Below are positions 20,044 to 29,400 of a DNA stretch of 64,000 nucleotides, piece by piece (the stretch's first letter is position 1; every line of letters begins with the position of its first letter). The position numbers were made by a program, and so were the translations under genes. The notes under the pieces are model-generated. The model made no database searches. It was not told where the DNA came from and was given only the letters and a program-made list of their open reading frames with translations. Origin of the DNA: Pseudomonadota bacterium (GTDB lineage Bacteria > Bdellovibrionota > FAC87 > UBA2466); contig JAYUGC010000071.1 in assembly GCA_043767805.1 (NCBI GenBank), positions 723 through 64,722 on the forward strand, given 5' to 3'.

Positions 20044-22092
20044 TTACGGGTGGCGGAGGTCGGCGCGGAGGATGGCGTCGAGGCGCTGGCGGACGAGAAT
20101 TGGGGAGATGCCGAGCGCAGGCGCTTCTTTTTCGACGAGCGCCACGGCTCTCTCATAGACTCCGGGCTTAGCGAGCCGATCTTTGGTGCGCATGTAGAAC
20201 TCAAAAGTAGTCGCGTCGCTCAAAGGAGTGCCCGGATAATGGCGCTCGTAGAAAAGCGCCGCCCAGGCCGCTTCTTTAGCAACCGCATCCGCGCTTTTGC
20301 GGGTACCGGAGGCGCGGGCAAGCAGCTTGGTCAACTCCGCATCGGCTTGCTCGGAGTCCGCCTTCTGGACAGCCGGAGCATTCGTCCATAGATCGGGGCG
20401 AATCATTCTTTCCAGGCGAACTAGCGCCTCGTCGGGACTGATTCCCGTTTCTTTGGCAAGAGATCGTATATTTCCCTGAACGCTCGCATAGGCGTCGACA
20501 TTGCCGAAGCGCTCCTTGACCTTCATGTGAAGGAGAAACGACAAGAGCGAGTTGATAGGCACTTCGGGAAACGTCTCCGCTTGATAAAGGACCGCCGCCG
20601 CGAGCGTCTTTCTCGCGTCCGTTTCGTCGCGAATGCGCCAAGCGGCGTCGTTCATGGAATCACGCGGATTGATTTCGCTGTCTTTCGTGATGTTTCGCCC
20701 ATCCTTAAAGGGATCGGAAAGGCCCGTCGACGCGGCCCCGATGCCCTCCATCGCGTGCCGGACGGGAGAGTCGGAGGCCCCCTCTTTTCTCCCTTGCGTG
20801 CCAATACGCTCCGTCTCCCGTTCCACGGGAGTATGCGCGACGGCGACCAGGGCCGTCTTCGGGCTCACGGAGAAGAAAGGTTTCATCTTTCCGTTTAGCC
20901 AATAGGTAACGCCAAAGGTGAACGGGCCGCCGAGTATGCCCGTGAAAATATACCAGGCGGGGCGAACGGCATCAGACATCACCATGCCTCCCGCGTAAGC
21001 AAAAGCTATCGGAACGCCGAGACCGATACTCGTCGTCAAAAGCGTCGGCCGGCTCTGATACGGCGCCAGGGCCGAGGCCACCAGAGTCTCCGCCGTGGCC
21101 TCCCGAACCTTTCGGCTCAAATTGGAAAACGCGACGCCGCGCTTGGCGAGCTCAGCATGCAAAGCTTCGAGAAGGCGCGCTTGCAACGAAGTCCGCGTGG
21201 CTCTGAGCTGCCAGTTCCACGGGCTACTCGTCTGCCGGATCCCGGCGGCGAGCGCTTTCTCGATAGGTCCAATGCGGGACAGAACTTCCGCGACGGCCGC
21301 ATCGGCGAGTTTTACCCCTTCCTCACCGGTCAAAGCCGCGAAAGAAACCGAGTGCGTCGTGACTTCGTGATGAACCACGGCGAGAACCAGCTCCGCCATG
21401 GGCCCAAGAGGAAGTTTTTCGCCCGCCCCGGAGGCCGCGTTTGCCCTCAGAATGGCATCGCGCACGGCTTGCGCGCGCGCGACGACTTCTTTCGTCACGC
21501 GATCTTGCCAACGGGATTTCTCCGCCGGGGATAAAGTGGAATGACGAACGCCTTCAGCCGAAAGCATGGCATGAAACACGTCCAGGAAAATCTCTTGGGT
21601 CTTTTTCTCCGACAGACCCCAGGATTTTTCCGACAGGCGCCGATCCGAAACGAGGGCCTGACCCGCGCCTTCAATTCGGCTCGCGGCCTCGGCGCGGTTA
21701 GCGACGTGGTTTGCGTGCGCATCCACCTCGGTAAGAATCGAAACGGCGATTTCCTTTCGCTCCTCCGGAGAGAGCTTGGAAAAGAGCCTTTTTTCTTCGC
21801 TCAGTTCGGCACCCAGCGCCTTGAGCACCGCTTCTCGGCGCTCGGAAAACGCGAGCTCGCCCGGACCCGCGGCGGGAATCTCGGCGAGCGCTTCATCTAT
21901 GACTTGCTGACGCGAGGTAGTTTCCCCAACGGTGAGCGCGACCGGCTTCGGGGAGCGGCCGCCGAAAACCTGGCCGTAGCGGGCGCGGCACCAAGTGAGA
22001 GGGTTCGCGTGGCTCGGCACCGCCTGCAAAGCAGACAAAAGCAGAATGGACACCAAAAGCCCGGCTCTCGGTCGTTTCGAATTAGCGGCCAC
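20044..22092 (-). CDS. Hypothetical exported protein with internal helical repeats and a central two-TM hairpin
   Basis: 682-aa ORF, signal peptide, two hydrophobic segments, repeated units (see findings). Confidence 0.75.
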   Translation of the reverse strand: MAANSKRPRAGLLVSILLLSALQAVPSHANPLTWCRARYGQVFGGRSPKPVALTVGETTSRQQVIDEALAEIPAAGPGELAFSERREAVLKALGAELSEEKRLFSKLSPEERKEIAVSILTEVDAHANHVANRAEAASRIEGAGQALVSDRRLSEKSWGLSEKKTQEIFLDVFHAMLSAEGVRHSTLSPAEKSRWQDRVTKEVVARAQAVRDAILRANAASGAGEKLPLGPMAELVLAVVHHEVTTHSVSFAALTGEEGVKLADAAVAEVLSRIGPIEKALAAGIRQTSSPWNWQLRATRTSLQARLLEALHAELAKRGVAFSNLSRKVREATAETLVASALAPYQSRPTLLTTSIGLGVPIAFAYAGGMVMSDAVRPAWYIFTGILGGPFTFGVTYWLNGKMKPFFSVSPKTALVAVAHTPVERETERIGTQGRKEGASDSPVRHAMEGIGAASTGLSDPFKDGRNITKDSEINPRDSMNDAAWRIRDETDARKTLAAAVLYQAETFPEVPINSLLSFLLHMKVKERFGNVDAYASVQGNIRSLAKETGISPDEALVRLERMIRPDLWTNAPAVQKADSEQADAELTKLLARASGTRKSADAVAKEAAWAALFYERHYPGTPLSDATTFEFYMRTKDRLAKPGVYERAVALVEKEAPALGISPILVRQRLDAILRADLRHP

Positions 22093-22186
22093 TTCGTTTG
22101 GGAACCCCCATTACCAAGGTAGCAGCTCTGAGGGCGGCGCCCCTAACAGCACCGTCAGACTACGCGAGGAGCCGCGAAAAAGACGA

Positions 22187-22789
22187 TTAAGACAAGCGGA
22201 CTACACCCGCCGCGCGGGCGAGGCGGTAGAGGCGGGGGCGCAGCGCGCGTTCCCCGAAGATCATCACGCCGAGGCTTACCGGACCGAAGGCCGAGCGAAA
22301 AGCCATGGCCTCATGTAGCGACCGCGTGTAACTAACCCACCCGTAGAGAGCGGCTTTCAGAACGAAATAGACGGCCCAGACGCCAGTCAGCGCGCGCAGG
22401 TAATCGCCGACGTCCGGCCTCCCCTTCTTTTCCTCGCTCAGGGTCTTTTCCGCGAGCTCGCGCAGAATGGGATCTCCTTTGAGGATCGTCCCAACAAAGA
22501 ACCCCGCGGTGATTAGGTTCGTCGCGACCGACTCATACCGAAAAAGAAATGGGCTAGGCGCCAAGAGATCGACGAGGCCAAAGCCGACGGTGGAAATCAA
22601 AAAGAACTGGTAGAGCCGGGTAATCTCGAGCCCCCGGTACCGGCGCCAAACCACGTCGGCCACGGAAAAAGCGACGGTGATCGCAATAGCGGCCCTTAAA
22701 GCAAAGAAGTGCTCGGCCGCCAGGAAAACTAAGAGGGGAGCAAACTCGGAGTAGACGAACGCCAGAAGACGGCGAAGCTTATCTGCCAT
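22187..22789 (-). CDS. IspZ/YciB-like integral membrane protein
   Basis: EFAPLLVF...GTILKGDPILRELAE...LTGVWAVYF pattern; ATG 22789 lies 7 nt after TAAGTT. Confidence 0.65.
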   Translation of the reverse strand: MADKLRRLLAFVYSEFAPLLVFLAAEHFFALRAAIAITVAFSVADVVWRRYRGLEITRLYQFFLISTVGFGLVDLLAPSPFLFRYESVATNLITAGFFVGTILKGDPILRELAEKTLSEEKKGRPDVGDYLRALTGVWAVYFVLKAALYGWVSYTRSLHEAMAFRSAFGPVSLGVMIFGERALRPRLYRLARAAGVVRLS

Positions 22790-22881
22790 GCGTCGCAACT
22801 TAGCCGACGTCCACAAAAACCGTAAAGAGAATTGACTAGTCCACGGCCGTACCTTGAAATGGCCGCCTACTTGGGGGTTGG

Positions 22882-23526
22882 ATGAAGGGTTTACTGTCCG
22901 TATTGGTTTTGGGTTCACTTGTAGTCGGCACGCAGGCTTTGGCTTTCGGTAACGCGACGACGTTCGATTACCGGCCCGAGGTGGCTCGCCTCACTCGCAG
23001 CCTCGAAATGGGCGGCACGATTCAAGAAGTGCAACGCGCCCTGGACAGCCTTCTCTCGACGGCCATCGCGCATTTGCGGGCACGCGGAAAGAACAAGGAA
23101 GCAGACGACATCGCACTCGAATGGCAGCAGTACCGCCCGCAGCTGGCGCGCCGCAATCTAGGCGATCACGATCCTTTGTTTCCGTGGCTTCGTCGCACTT
23201 ACCAGGTTCTCGAGATCCTCTTGGGCTCTCGCACCATGAAGCAGTATCGCCTGACCGACTTGAACACTTTGAACTTCGCTCTTCCCGTCGTTTTAAATCC
23301 CGAGGGCAAAGGCTGGGATCGCACTGAGTACCGAAAGCACTTCGTGCCGCTCGCGGGCATCACGACGTACTGGAGCACCTTTCTCGGTTGCCGCGCGGTC
23401 ATCGAATGGTCCTTGCTTCAGCGAGTTTGCGGTCCCGCCGCGAGCGCCGCCGGCTGGCTCATGGAAACGACCATTGCTCCCACTCTGAGCGATAAGGTTT
23501 ACGGTCACTTCGCCAAAGGCTTCTAA
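22882..23526 (+). CDS. Hypothetical secreted protein
   Basis: Signal peptide MKGLLSVLVLGSLVVGTQALA; 214-aa helical ORF with a C-terminal Cys pair. Confidence 0.7.
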   Translation: MKGLLSVLVLGSLVVGTQALAFGNATTFDYRPEVARLTRSLEMGGTIQEVQRALDSLLSTAIAHLRARGKNKEADDIALEWQQYRPQLARRNLGDHDPLFPWLRRTYQVLEILLGSRTMKQYRLTDLNTLNFALPVVLNPEGKGWDRTEYRKHFVPLAGITTYWSTFLGCRAVIEWSLLQRVCGPAASAAGWLMETTIAPTLSDKVYGHFAKGF

Positions 23527-24740
23527 AAAGATAGGCCGAAGCCAACGAGTAAGAGGAGCAGGAGAAGAAGACTCCAGCGCTCTCTCGGAAGTAAATCGCA
23601 AGCCGGCATTTCCGCGTTTACTTTGCCTAGAAAGAGAAGCAGGTAGCCGCGGTACATGGTCACGGCCAGTAACCCCATGGCAATCACGCTGAGAGCCGCG
23701 GTAAGCGGTTCCGTCGCGAAGGTCGCCTGGAGCACCAAGTCTTCTCCCAGAAAGCCGAACGTCCCGGGAACGTTCACGGCGCTCAGGCCAAAGATAAAGA
23801 AAAAGGCCGCGATGCCCGGCATGACACGTACCCAGCCGCCGCCTTCGCTCCAACGCTCAAGTCCCGTGCGCTCTTCGACGAGCCAAAGCACGATCCCGAG
23901 ACCTGTCGTCGAGAGCATGGCCGTCACCCAAAGATAGACCGAGCCCATCACACCCAGGTGGCTTGGCATGGCCCAACCGAGAGTCGCCGCGGAAATGAGA
24001 ATCGGATAAAGGAGCCCGAGCCACTTGCGCGGAGATTTTTGCACGACGCCGAGAAACGCAAGATAGAGCGAGGAGATCACCAGCGCACGCACGAGGGTGA
24101 GGCTCGTCTCGGTCAGCGGACAAAGCGGTAGGGCAACTCGCAAGAAGAGCGCGAACGCGCCCGGCGCCGTCAGTAACCCGATACCCAAAGGCAGGGGACT
24201 GTCCTTGAGGAGCGAAAGCGAGCCGGCATGAAAGGGGAACAGGCCGAGCCGCACCCATACGGAAAAAAGAACACAAGTTCCCGCCAGGATCGCGGTACTG
24301 CCGCCCGGCGCCGCGAGTAGCGGCAAGCGGGTAATCAAAAACCACTCGGCGTGCAGGCTTCCCAGGAAGTAGAGCGCCGCCAGTAAACTGAAGGCGCCTA
24401 GGACTTGATAATAAAGGTAGAGACGGTTACGGGCGAGCCATTGCCAGCGATTGCCGGAGCGAGAGACCGCGGCCGGAAAAAGGCCGAGCAGCCAGCAAAG
24501 CCCGACCAGGCGCAAGTCTCCCAAAAAGAGCACGCCCGCATTCATCACTTGAAGAAAGAGCAACGAAAAGACGACCGTCCTGTTTTCCTTACGAGGGGCG
24601 CTGAGCAGAATCAGACAAAAGCAAATCGCTCCGTAAGCTACGCCGAGAAGGGCCGGCCAAGAATTGGGATCCATCGCGGGAAGCGGCCACCAGTAGTAGA
24701 GCGTTGCCAAGAAACCGCCGGCCGAAAAGAGCGCCCTCAT
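23523..24740 (-). CDS. NuoM-like proton-conducting membrane subunit, third gene of the DAB operon
   Basis: RLGLFPFH, PGTFGFLGEDL; translationally coupled to dabB (4-bp overlap). Confidence 0.8.
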   Translation of the reverse strand: MRALFSAGGFLATLYYWWPLPAMDPNSWPALLGVAYGAICFCLILLSAPRKENRTVVFSLLFLQVMNAGVLFLGDLRLVGLCWLLGLFPAAVSRSGNRWQWLARNRLYLYYQVLGAFSLLAALYFLGSLHAEWFLITRLPLLAAPGGSTAILAGTCVLFSVWVRLGLFPFHAGSLSLLKDSPLPLGIGLLTAPGAFALFLRVALPLCPLTETSLTLVRALVISSLYLAFLGVVQKSPRKWLGLLYPILISAATLGWAMPSHLGVMGSVYLWVTAMLSTTGLGIVLWLVEERTGLERWSEGGGWVRVMPGIAAFFFIFGLSAVNVPGTFGFLGEDLVLQATFATEPLTAALSVIAMGLLAVTMYRGYLLLFLGKVNAEMPACDLLPRERWSLLLLLLLLVGFGLSF

Positions 24741-26041
24741 TTTAGGCCTCCTTTCGATTCGTCCCGGGGAGCAAAGCGCGCGAGCCAGCCGTCCTCGACG
24801 CGCTCGAAAAAGACGGCCACTTTCAGTACCGGCCCAACCACCGCCCAGCGTAAAGACTCTTCGAGACTAAAGCCAGCCACCGCCTGACGATAGATCCACG
24901 TCCGAAACGCATCGGGACTCATCCGTTCCCAAAACCGGGGACCCGAAGCGGGGCTCGTGCCGAACAGATTATGATCTTGAAGGAGAGATGGGGCGCGCAA
25001 GAACTGTAAGGTCCTTAGCAGGGCGTGGCCCATCAAATGCCAGATGGCGAGAGTGGTGAGCCCCAAACCGATCTCCGCAAATATTAGGCCGACCTGCGAG
25101 AGGCAAGCAAAGGCCAATTTCGATTTCGCATCAGGGCGAGCCAAGCCGACCGTGGTTCCATAGATCGCCGTCGAAACCCCGATGAGCACGATTAGAAACG
25201 GAACGAGACCCGACGCCTGCCAGACGACTCGCGTGCGTAGTAGCAAATAGGCTCCGGCGTGAATCGACAGGCCTCCGTAAAAAAGCGCGCTCGACGGTGT
25301 CGGGCCTTCCATCGCTTTGGGTAACCACCAGCTGAGCGGGAGCTGCGCGGATTTGGCGAGTGAGGCCACCAGAAGTAAAATCGCGAGGAGCAGCCTCGGC
25401 TCGGGCAAACCTTGCGGAGAAACGTCAAAGCGCGCGGTATCGAACTGCTGATGCCAGGCAACCGTGGCGAGAATCAACGCCACATCGCAAATCCGATAGG
25501 CGATCCAAGCCGTGTAGCCATGTTGAGCCGGCTGATCGCGGTAATGGAAAAAGCCGATGAGGAGCGCCGAGCTAATGCCCACCATCTCCCAGCCCGCCAC
25601 CAATAAATCGATAGTGCCCGCGAGCAAGGTGAGGTTCATCCCGGCGACAAAAAGGAGATAGAGCAAGAAGAAGCGAGAGAAGCCTTCCTCGCGGTGAAGA
25701 TACTGAAACGAGAAAAGCCCACTTGCCGCAGAAAGAATGGTGGTGACGACCAGGATGGGAAAGGAAAGCGCGTCGGCCCTGAAGAGAAACTCGAACTCGT
25801 AGTTTCCGATCTTGAACCAGTGCCCAGGCTCCCACTGAGCCAGGTGTCTGGTGCTAAGCAAGATTTCCCCGCCCACGACGAGAGTCGAGAGGACCAAGGC
25901 GAGGATGACCACGCTGACCACCCCGCGAATTCCCGATTCCTTGAGCTGAAGATTTAGGATCGCGGCGAGCCCCACGAGGACGAACGCGGCGAGAGGCACA
26001 CCCACCAGAGAGAAGAGGCTGACTGCGAGCGAATCGATCAT
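24737..26041 (-). CDS. dabB: DabB/MpsA, NuoL-like subunit of the inorganic carbon pump
   Basis: GWEMVG, AKSAQLP..WLPKAMEGPTPSSAL, HLMGHALLR; coupled to the DUF2309 gene. Confidence 0.85.
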   Translation of the reverse strand: MIDSLAVSLFSLVGVPLAAFVLVGLAAILNLQLKESGIRGVVSVVILALVLSTLVVGGEILLSTRHLAQWEPGHWFKIGNYEFEFLFRADALSFPILVVTTILSAASGLFSFQYLHREEGFSRFFLLYLLFVAGMNLTLLAGTIDLLVAGWEMVGISSALLIGFFHYRDQPAQHGYTAWIAYRICDVALILATVAWHQQFDTARFDVSPQGLPEPRLLLAILLLVASLAKSAQLPLSWWLPKAMEGPTPSSALFYGGLSIHAGAYLLLRTRVVWQASGLVPFLIVLIGVSTAIYGTTVGLARPDAKSKLAFACLSQVGLIFAEIGLGLTTLAIWHLMGHALLRTLQFLRAPSLLQDHNLFGTSPASGPRFWERMSPDAFRTWIYRQAVAGFSLEESLRWAVVGPVLKVAVFFERVEDGWLARFAPRDESKGGLK

Positions 26042-28863
26042 ATCGCCACCCCCGTGACTAGAACGGGCCTCAAGTTATCTCTTTTTCCGACGTAATAGGC
26101 CGGGGAAGCGGAAACTTCGAGCAGGGCCGGGTCTTCCGGATGGTATGGCTGGAATTTCCCACGGTAAAAACGCGCAAGCGCGCCCGTAGTCGGATCGACC
26201 AGGACCAGTTGAATCCAATCGTTTTCAACGGCGCGCCGGATGCCCGCGTGGGCCGCGAGCACCTTTTCCATCTTGAAAAGGTCCGTCTCGACCAGAGTCA
26301 GCAAACGCATGGGCTCGTGGATTTCCACCATTTGCAGGGGCAATCCCGCGCGCAAATCGGAGAACGCGCCGTTGGTCACCCCGATGAGACCGGAGATATT
26401 GTGCGGAAGCTTCGTTCCCGAGCCGTACTCTTCGTTATCGACGTAGGAAAAATAGTACTCGAGGCTGATGCCCGCGCACACCGGCACGACGGCGGAAAGG
26501 CTTCGTAGAAGAATGTCTCCGGTCGGGTCCTGGGCGTTGTCGTAAGAGGTCAAAAACGCCCGGCGATCCAGAAATAGCCCTCGCGTCAGCCGCCGAGGCG
26601 CGATGATGAGCGAAGCATTGCTCGCATGACCGCACTCGGGCCGTGGCTCCCGTAGATCCTGGCAACGGCCCTCCACGTGCTGGAGCGCGAGCGGCGCCGA
26701 AAGATGCCTCGCCGAATCAAAACGGCGGCATCTTTCGTGCGCGTCGAACATGCGCGCGCGATTGAGGACCGTGGTCGCATGCTGGAATGCTTGCGCGTGC
26801 GTTTTGGGTACGGAGGCCTCGTCGAAAAAACGCACCGAGTCCGAGCACGTATCGTGCAGCCCGCCGATGAACCAAGTCGTGACGGGAATAATGATTCCCT
26901 TTTCCTTTATGAGAGCGCGCACCGCGGGAAGATTCGCCATCGCGGCGAACGCGCGCGCGTTCGGGCCGCCTCCCCTGCCTCCACAAGCGCCGCAATCGTA
27001 GGCGGACTTGTGAGGGTTATTGGCGCTACTCGATCCGTGTCCCAGGATGACGACGAGACGGGAGAATTTTTTGGTCAGCCCAAGCTCGCCGAGCACCGCC
27101 TGTACGCGCTCCGCCATGTCGGCCACAGAAAAGCCCGCTTGAATTTGGGCATCGGGCGCCGCGGGAACCGCGGTTTCCAGAGCCAGCCCGGTCTCCATTT
27201 CGGGGAGGAACGTCTCCCGCAAAATCCGTTTCAGCCGGCCGCTGAGCCTCGGAGAATGTAAGCGCAGACCGAGCGGCACGACGGCGAGCACACCGCCCGC
27301 GACACTCATCGCGAGCCCCCCCAAGGGATGGCGCGAGCCGTGATGCACGGTCTTTCGCACCGTTCTGACGAGGTGATGGCGTCCCTTCCCGTCTTTTTGC
27401 GCGGGAGAGCGCGGCGCTTCCGAAATGGCATGCTTCGGACGGACCACCACGGGACAAAGGGGCACGGGGAACGAATCGTAAATTCCCTGGTACCACATAT
27501 CGACCGAGAAAAAGCCGGCGATCGAGAACGTCTCGGCGCGCGGATCGGCCTCTTCGAGATGCCGGCGCAAAGACTCCTCCCGCTCGTCGATACAAGTCAC
27601 CAGCTGAACCGAAGGGCCGTCGGCGGAAACCGCGGTCTTAGGCCGGCGCAGATTGATGGCGACCGCATCGAGCACGCGGCAGCGGTACGTGCGCTCGAAA
27701 GCGCGGTGGAGAAAACGGCGCCGAGGCACGTCCGAGAAAGCGTCGATTTCTTCGAGGAGCGCGTTCAGATCCCCGGCCTCACGAATCAGAGGCGCCGAAA
27801 GGCCCACTTGTTGAAAGAAACGAAACGCCTCGTAAACCCGGTGCAAACTCCCGGGCACGCGGCTGCTTGCCGCAGAAGGCTCCAGGCGGGCTTTGAGGGA
27901 AAGCTTGAGTAGTAGCCGGACCGCTAGAAAGTCGGCGAGCGAAGCGCGCACGGGCTGACTGACCAGATGGGGGCGATGCTCGAGAACCGCCATCATGCCG
28001 GCCCAGCCGGGAAGGCAGAGCAGCTCGCGCACGATGAGCGTTTCCCACTCCGCGCGAGGCACGCCGAGGCGGGACAAGCAGAGCTCGCAGGTTTGGAACG
28101 CGTCCCGGCCGTCGAGCTCTTTCCAATTCCACTGGCGAGGGACCCAACGAAGTCCCTCGGGCAAGAAGACTTCCCCGTCCTCCGCCAAAGCCCGGAACGC
28201 GGCTAGAAATCCCTTGTCGCGATCGGGCATCGCCCAGCGAGAGACGCCTTGGTCGAGAAAGGAGGCCGCGAGACGAATCAAAATGCCATTGAGCTCTCCG
28301 GCCTCGGGCGCGTCGGTTTTTTTCTGAGATCTCGCTTCGAATTTCACTCGCGAGCGCAGGACTTCCCAAAGCGCGGACAAAGCTTCCGCGGGGGTCTTGG
28401 CGCCCGACTCAGAGAGAAAGCGCCGGCGCGCCGGCGCTTCGACTCCCTTTTGAAACTCGGTCGCTTCCTTTTTTTCGCGCAGGAGCCAAGTGATGGTCTC
28501 GTCGGCGAAGGGCCGCGACGCAATGGACAACAAGGCTCGCCACACTTCGGTTTGAGAGAGCCGGCCTCCCAAAAAACGACGCCCCGGCGCGGCGCTTTCC
28601 GCATCTGCCAAAGCTAAGATCTCGTCGAGGTCTTGTTCGCGAATGCGGCCCTGGCCCAATTCCTTGAGGTACCGCTCGTGAGTGAGGTAGGGCTCGGAGC
28701 CCCGCATCTCGGCGGCCCATTCGACCATGTCCTCGAACTTTTTGTCCTCGAACGCGACGAGCGGATTCTGATGAATGAAAACGCCGATGGGCCCTTGTTC
28801 GGGCAATAGGCGAGCGGCTTGTTTGACCGCCCCCTCGATAATGTTTCGCGCTTCGCTGTCCAT
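26038..28863 (-). CDS. dabA: DabA/MpsB (DUF2309) beta-CA-like subunit of the inorganic carbon pump
   Basis: PIGVFIHQNPL, CIDEREESLRRHLE, LGHGSSSANNP, YDCGACGG, LFLDRRAFLTSYD, HEPMRL. Confidence 0.92.
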   Translation of the reverse strand: MDSEARNIIEGAVKQAARLLPEQGPIGVFIHQNPLVAFEDKKFEDMVEWAAEMRGSEPYLTHERYLKELGQGRIREQDLDEILALADAESAAPGRRFLGGRLSQTEVWRALLSIASRPFADETITWLLREKKEATEFQKGVEAPARRRFLSESGAKTPAEALSALWEVLRSRVKFEARSQKKTDAPEAGELNGILIRLAASFLDQGVSRWAMPDRDKGFLAAFRALAEDGEVFLPEGLRWVPRQWNWKELDGRDAFQTCELCLSRLGVPRAEWETLIVRELLCLPGWAGMMAVLEHRPHLVSQPVRASLADFLAVRLLLKLSLKARLEPSAASSRVPGSLHRVYEAFRFFQQVGLSAPLIREAGDLNALLEEIDAFSDVPRRRFLHRAFERTYRCRVLDAVAINLRRPKTAVSADGPSVQLVTCIDEREESLRRHLEEADPRAETFSIAGFFSVDMWYQGIYDSFPVPLCPVVVRPKHAISEAPRSPAQKDGKGRHHLVRTVRKTVHHGSRHPLGGLAMSVAGGVLAVVPLGLRLHSPRLSGRLKRILRETFLPEMETGLALETAVPAAPDAQIQAGFSVADMAERVQAVLGELGLTKKFSRLVVILGHGSSSANNPHKSAYDCGACGGRGGGPNARAFAAMANLPAVRALIKEKGIIIPVTTWFIGGLHDTCSDSVRFFDEASVPKTHAQAFQHATTVLNRARMFDAHERCRRFDSARHLSAPLALQHVEGRCQDLREPRPECGHASNASLIIAPRRLTRGLFLDRRAFLTSYDNAQDPTGDILLRSLSAVVPVCAGISLEYYFSYVDNEEYGSGTKLPHNISGLIGVTNGAFSDLRAGLPLQMVEIHEPMRLLTLVETDLFKMEKVLAAHAGIRRAVENDWIQLVLVDPTTGALARFYRGKFQPYHPEDPALLEVSASPAYYVGKRDNLRPVLVTGVAI

Positions 28864-28902
28864 GTGTCCCCGGATCCGTGTCCAAGCTAGAGCCTAAAGG
28901 GA

Positions 28903-28951
28903 GCTCGCCGCTAAAAAAGCGCCGAGCGAAATCGTCTGACCGAAGTCAGAC
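28903..28951 (-). promoter_or_regulatory. Two tandem hairpins between the RAPP leader ORF and dabA
   Basis: GTCTGAC-TTCG-GTCAGAC (C(UUCG)G loop) covering the leader stop codon, then GCTCGgCGCT-TTTT-AGCGgCGAGC. Confidence 0.6.
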
Positions 28952-29263
28952 CGGCGGAGCCCGGCTCGCCCGGAAAGCGATCTGGAAGCGACTAAAAGAA
29001 ATCAGGCCGCGTGCGGAGGGGGCCCGCCACGACGACTCGGATTCGAGCCGAAACGGGCAAGCGGGCAAAAACCCGTCTTTGCGGCTTTCATCGCGTTCCT
29101 CCAGCTCGCTCGGGACGCTACCGCGAGACTCGCCGAGCTGTCTAAAGGAGCCACGCTCCTGCGAAAGCGGCTTGGAAAGCACTCGATTGCCCGTACGAGG
29201 GAGCGCGGCGTCAGCGCCGGTCAAAAGGAGGGCAAAAATGAGAAGCCAGGGGCCGTACTTCAT
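28946..29263 (-). CDS. Putative leader/arrest peptide with signal peptide and C-terminal RAPP motif
   Basis: MKYGPWLLIFALLLTGADA...FRASRAPPV*; 105 aa; ends 82 nt upstream of dabA on the same strand. Confidence 0.7.
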   Translation of the reverse strand: MKYGPWLLIFALLLTGADAALPRTGNRVLSKPLSQERGSFRQLGESRGSVPSELEERDESRKDGFLPACPFRLESESSWRAPSARGLISFSRFQIAFRASRAPPV

Positions 29264-29273
29264 AAGAGGCTCT

Positions 29274-29302
29274 AGGTTACCCCTCCCCGCTTTCTTACTC
29301 AA
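29274..29302 (-). promoter_or_regulatory. Sigma70-type promoter for leader-dabAB
   Basis: TTGAGT-17 bp-TAACCT ending 10 nt before ATG 29263. Confidence 0.55.
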
Positions 29303-29400
29303 TGCGCTATTTCCCGATTTCGCAAACGGGCTCCCTGCCGCCAGTTGCCCAACGCTTCATTTCAGGGAAAACTGCCCGGATGCACGATTCCCGGGGCGAG

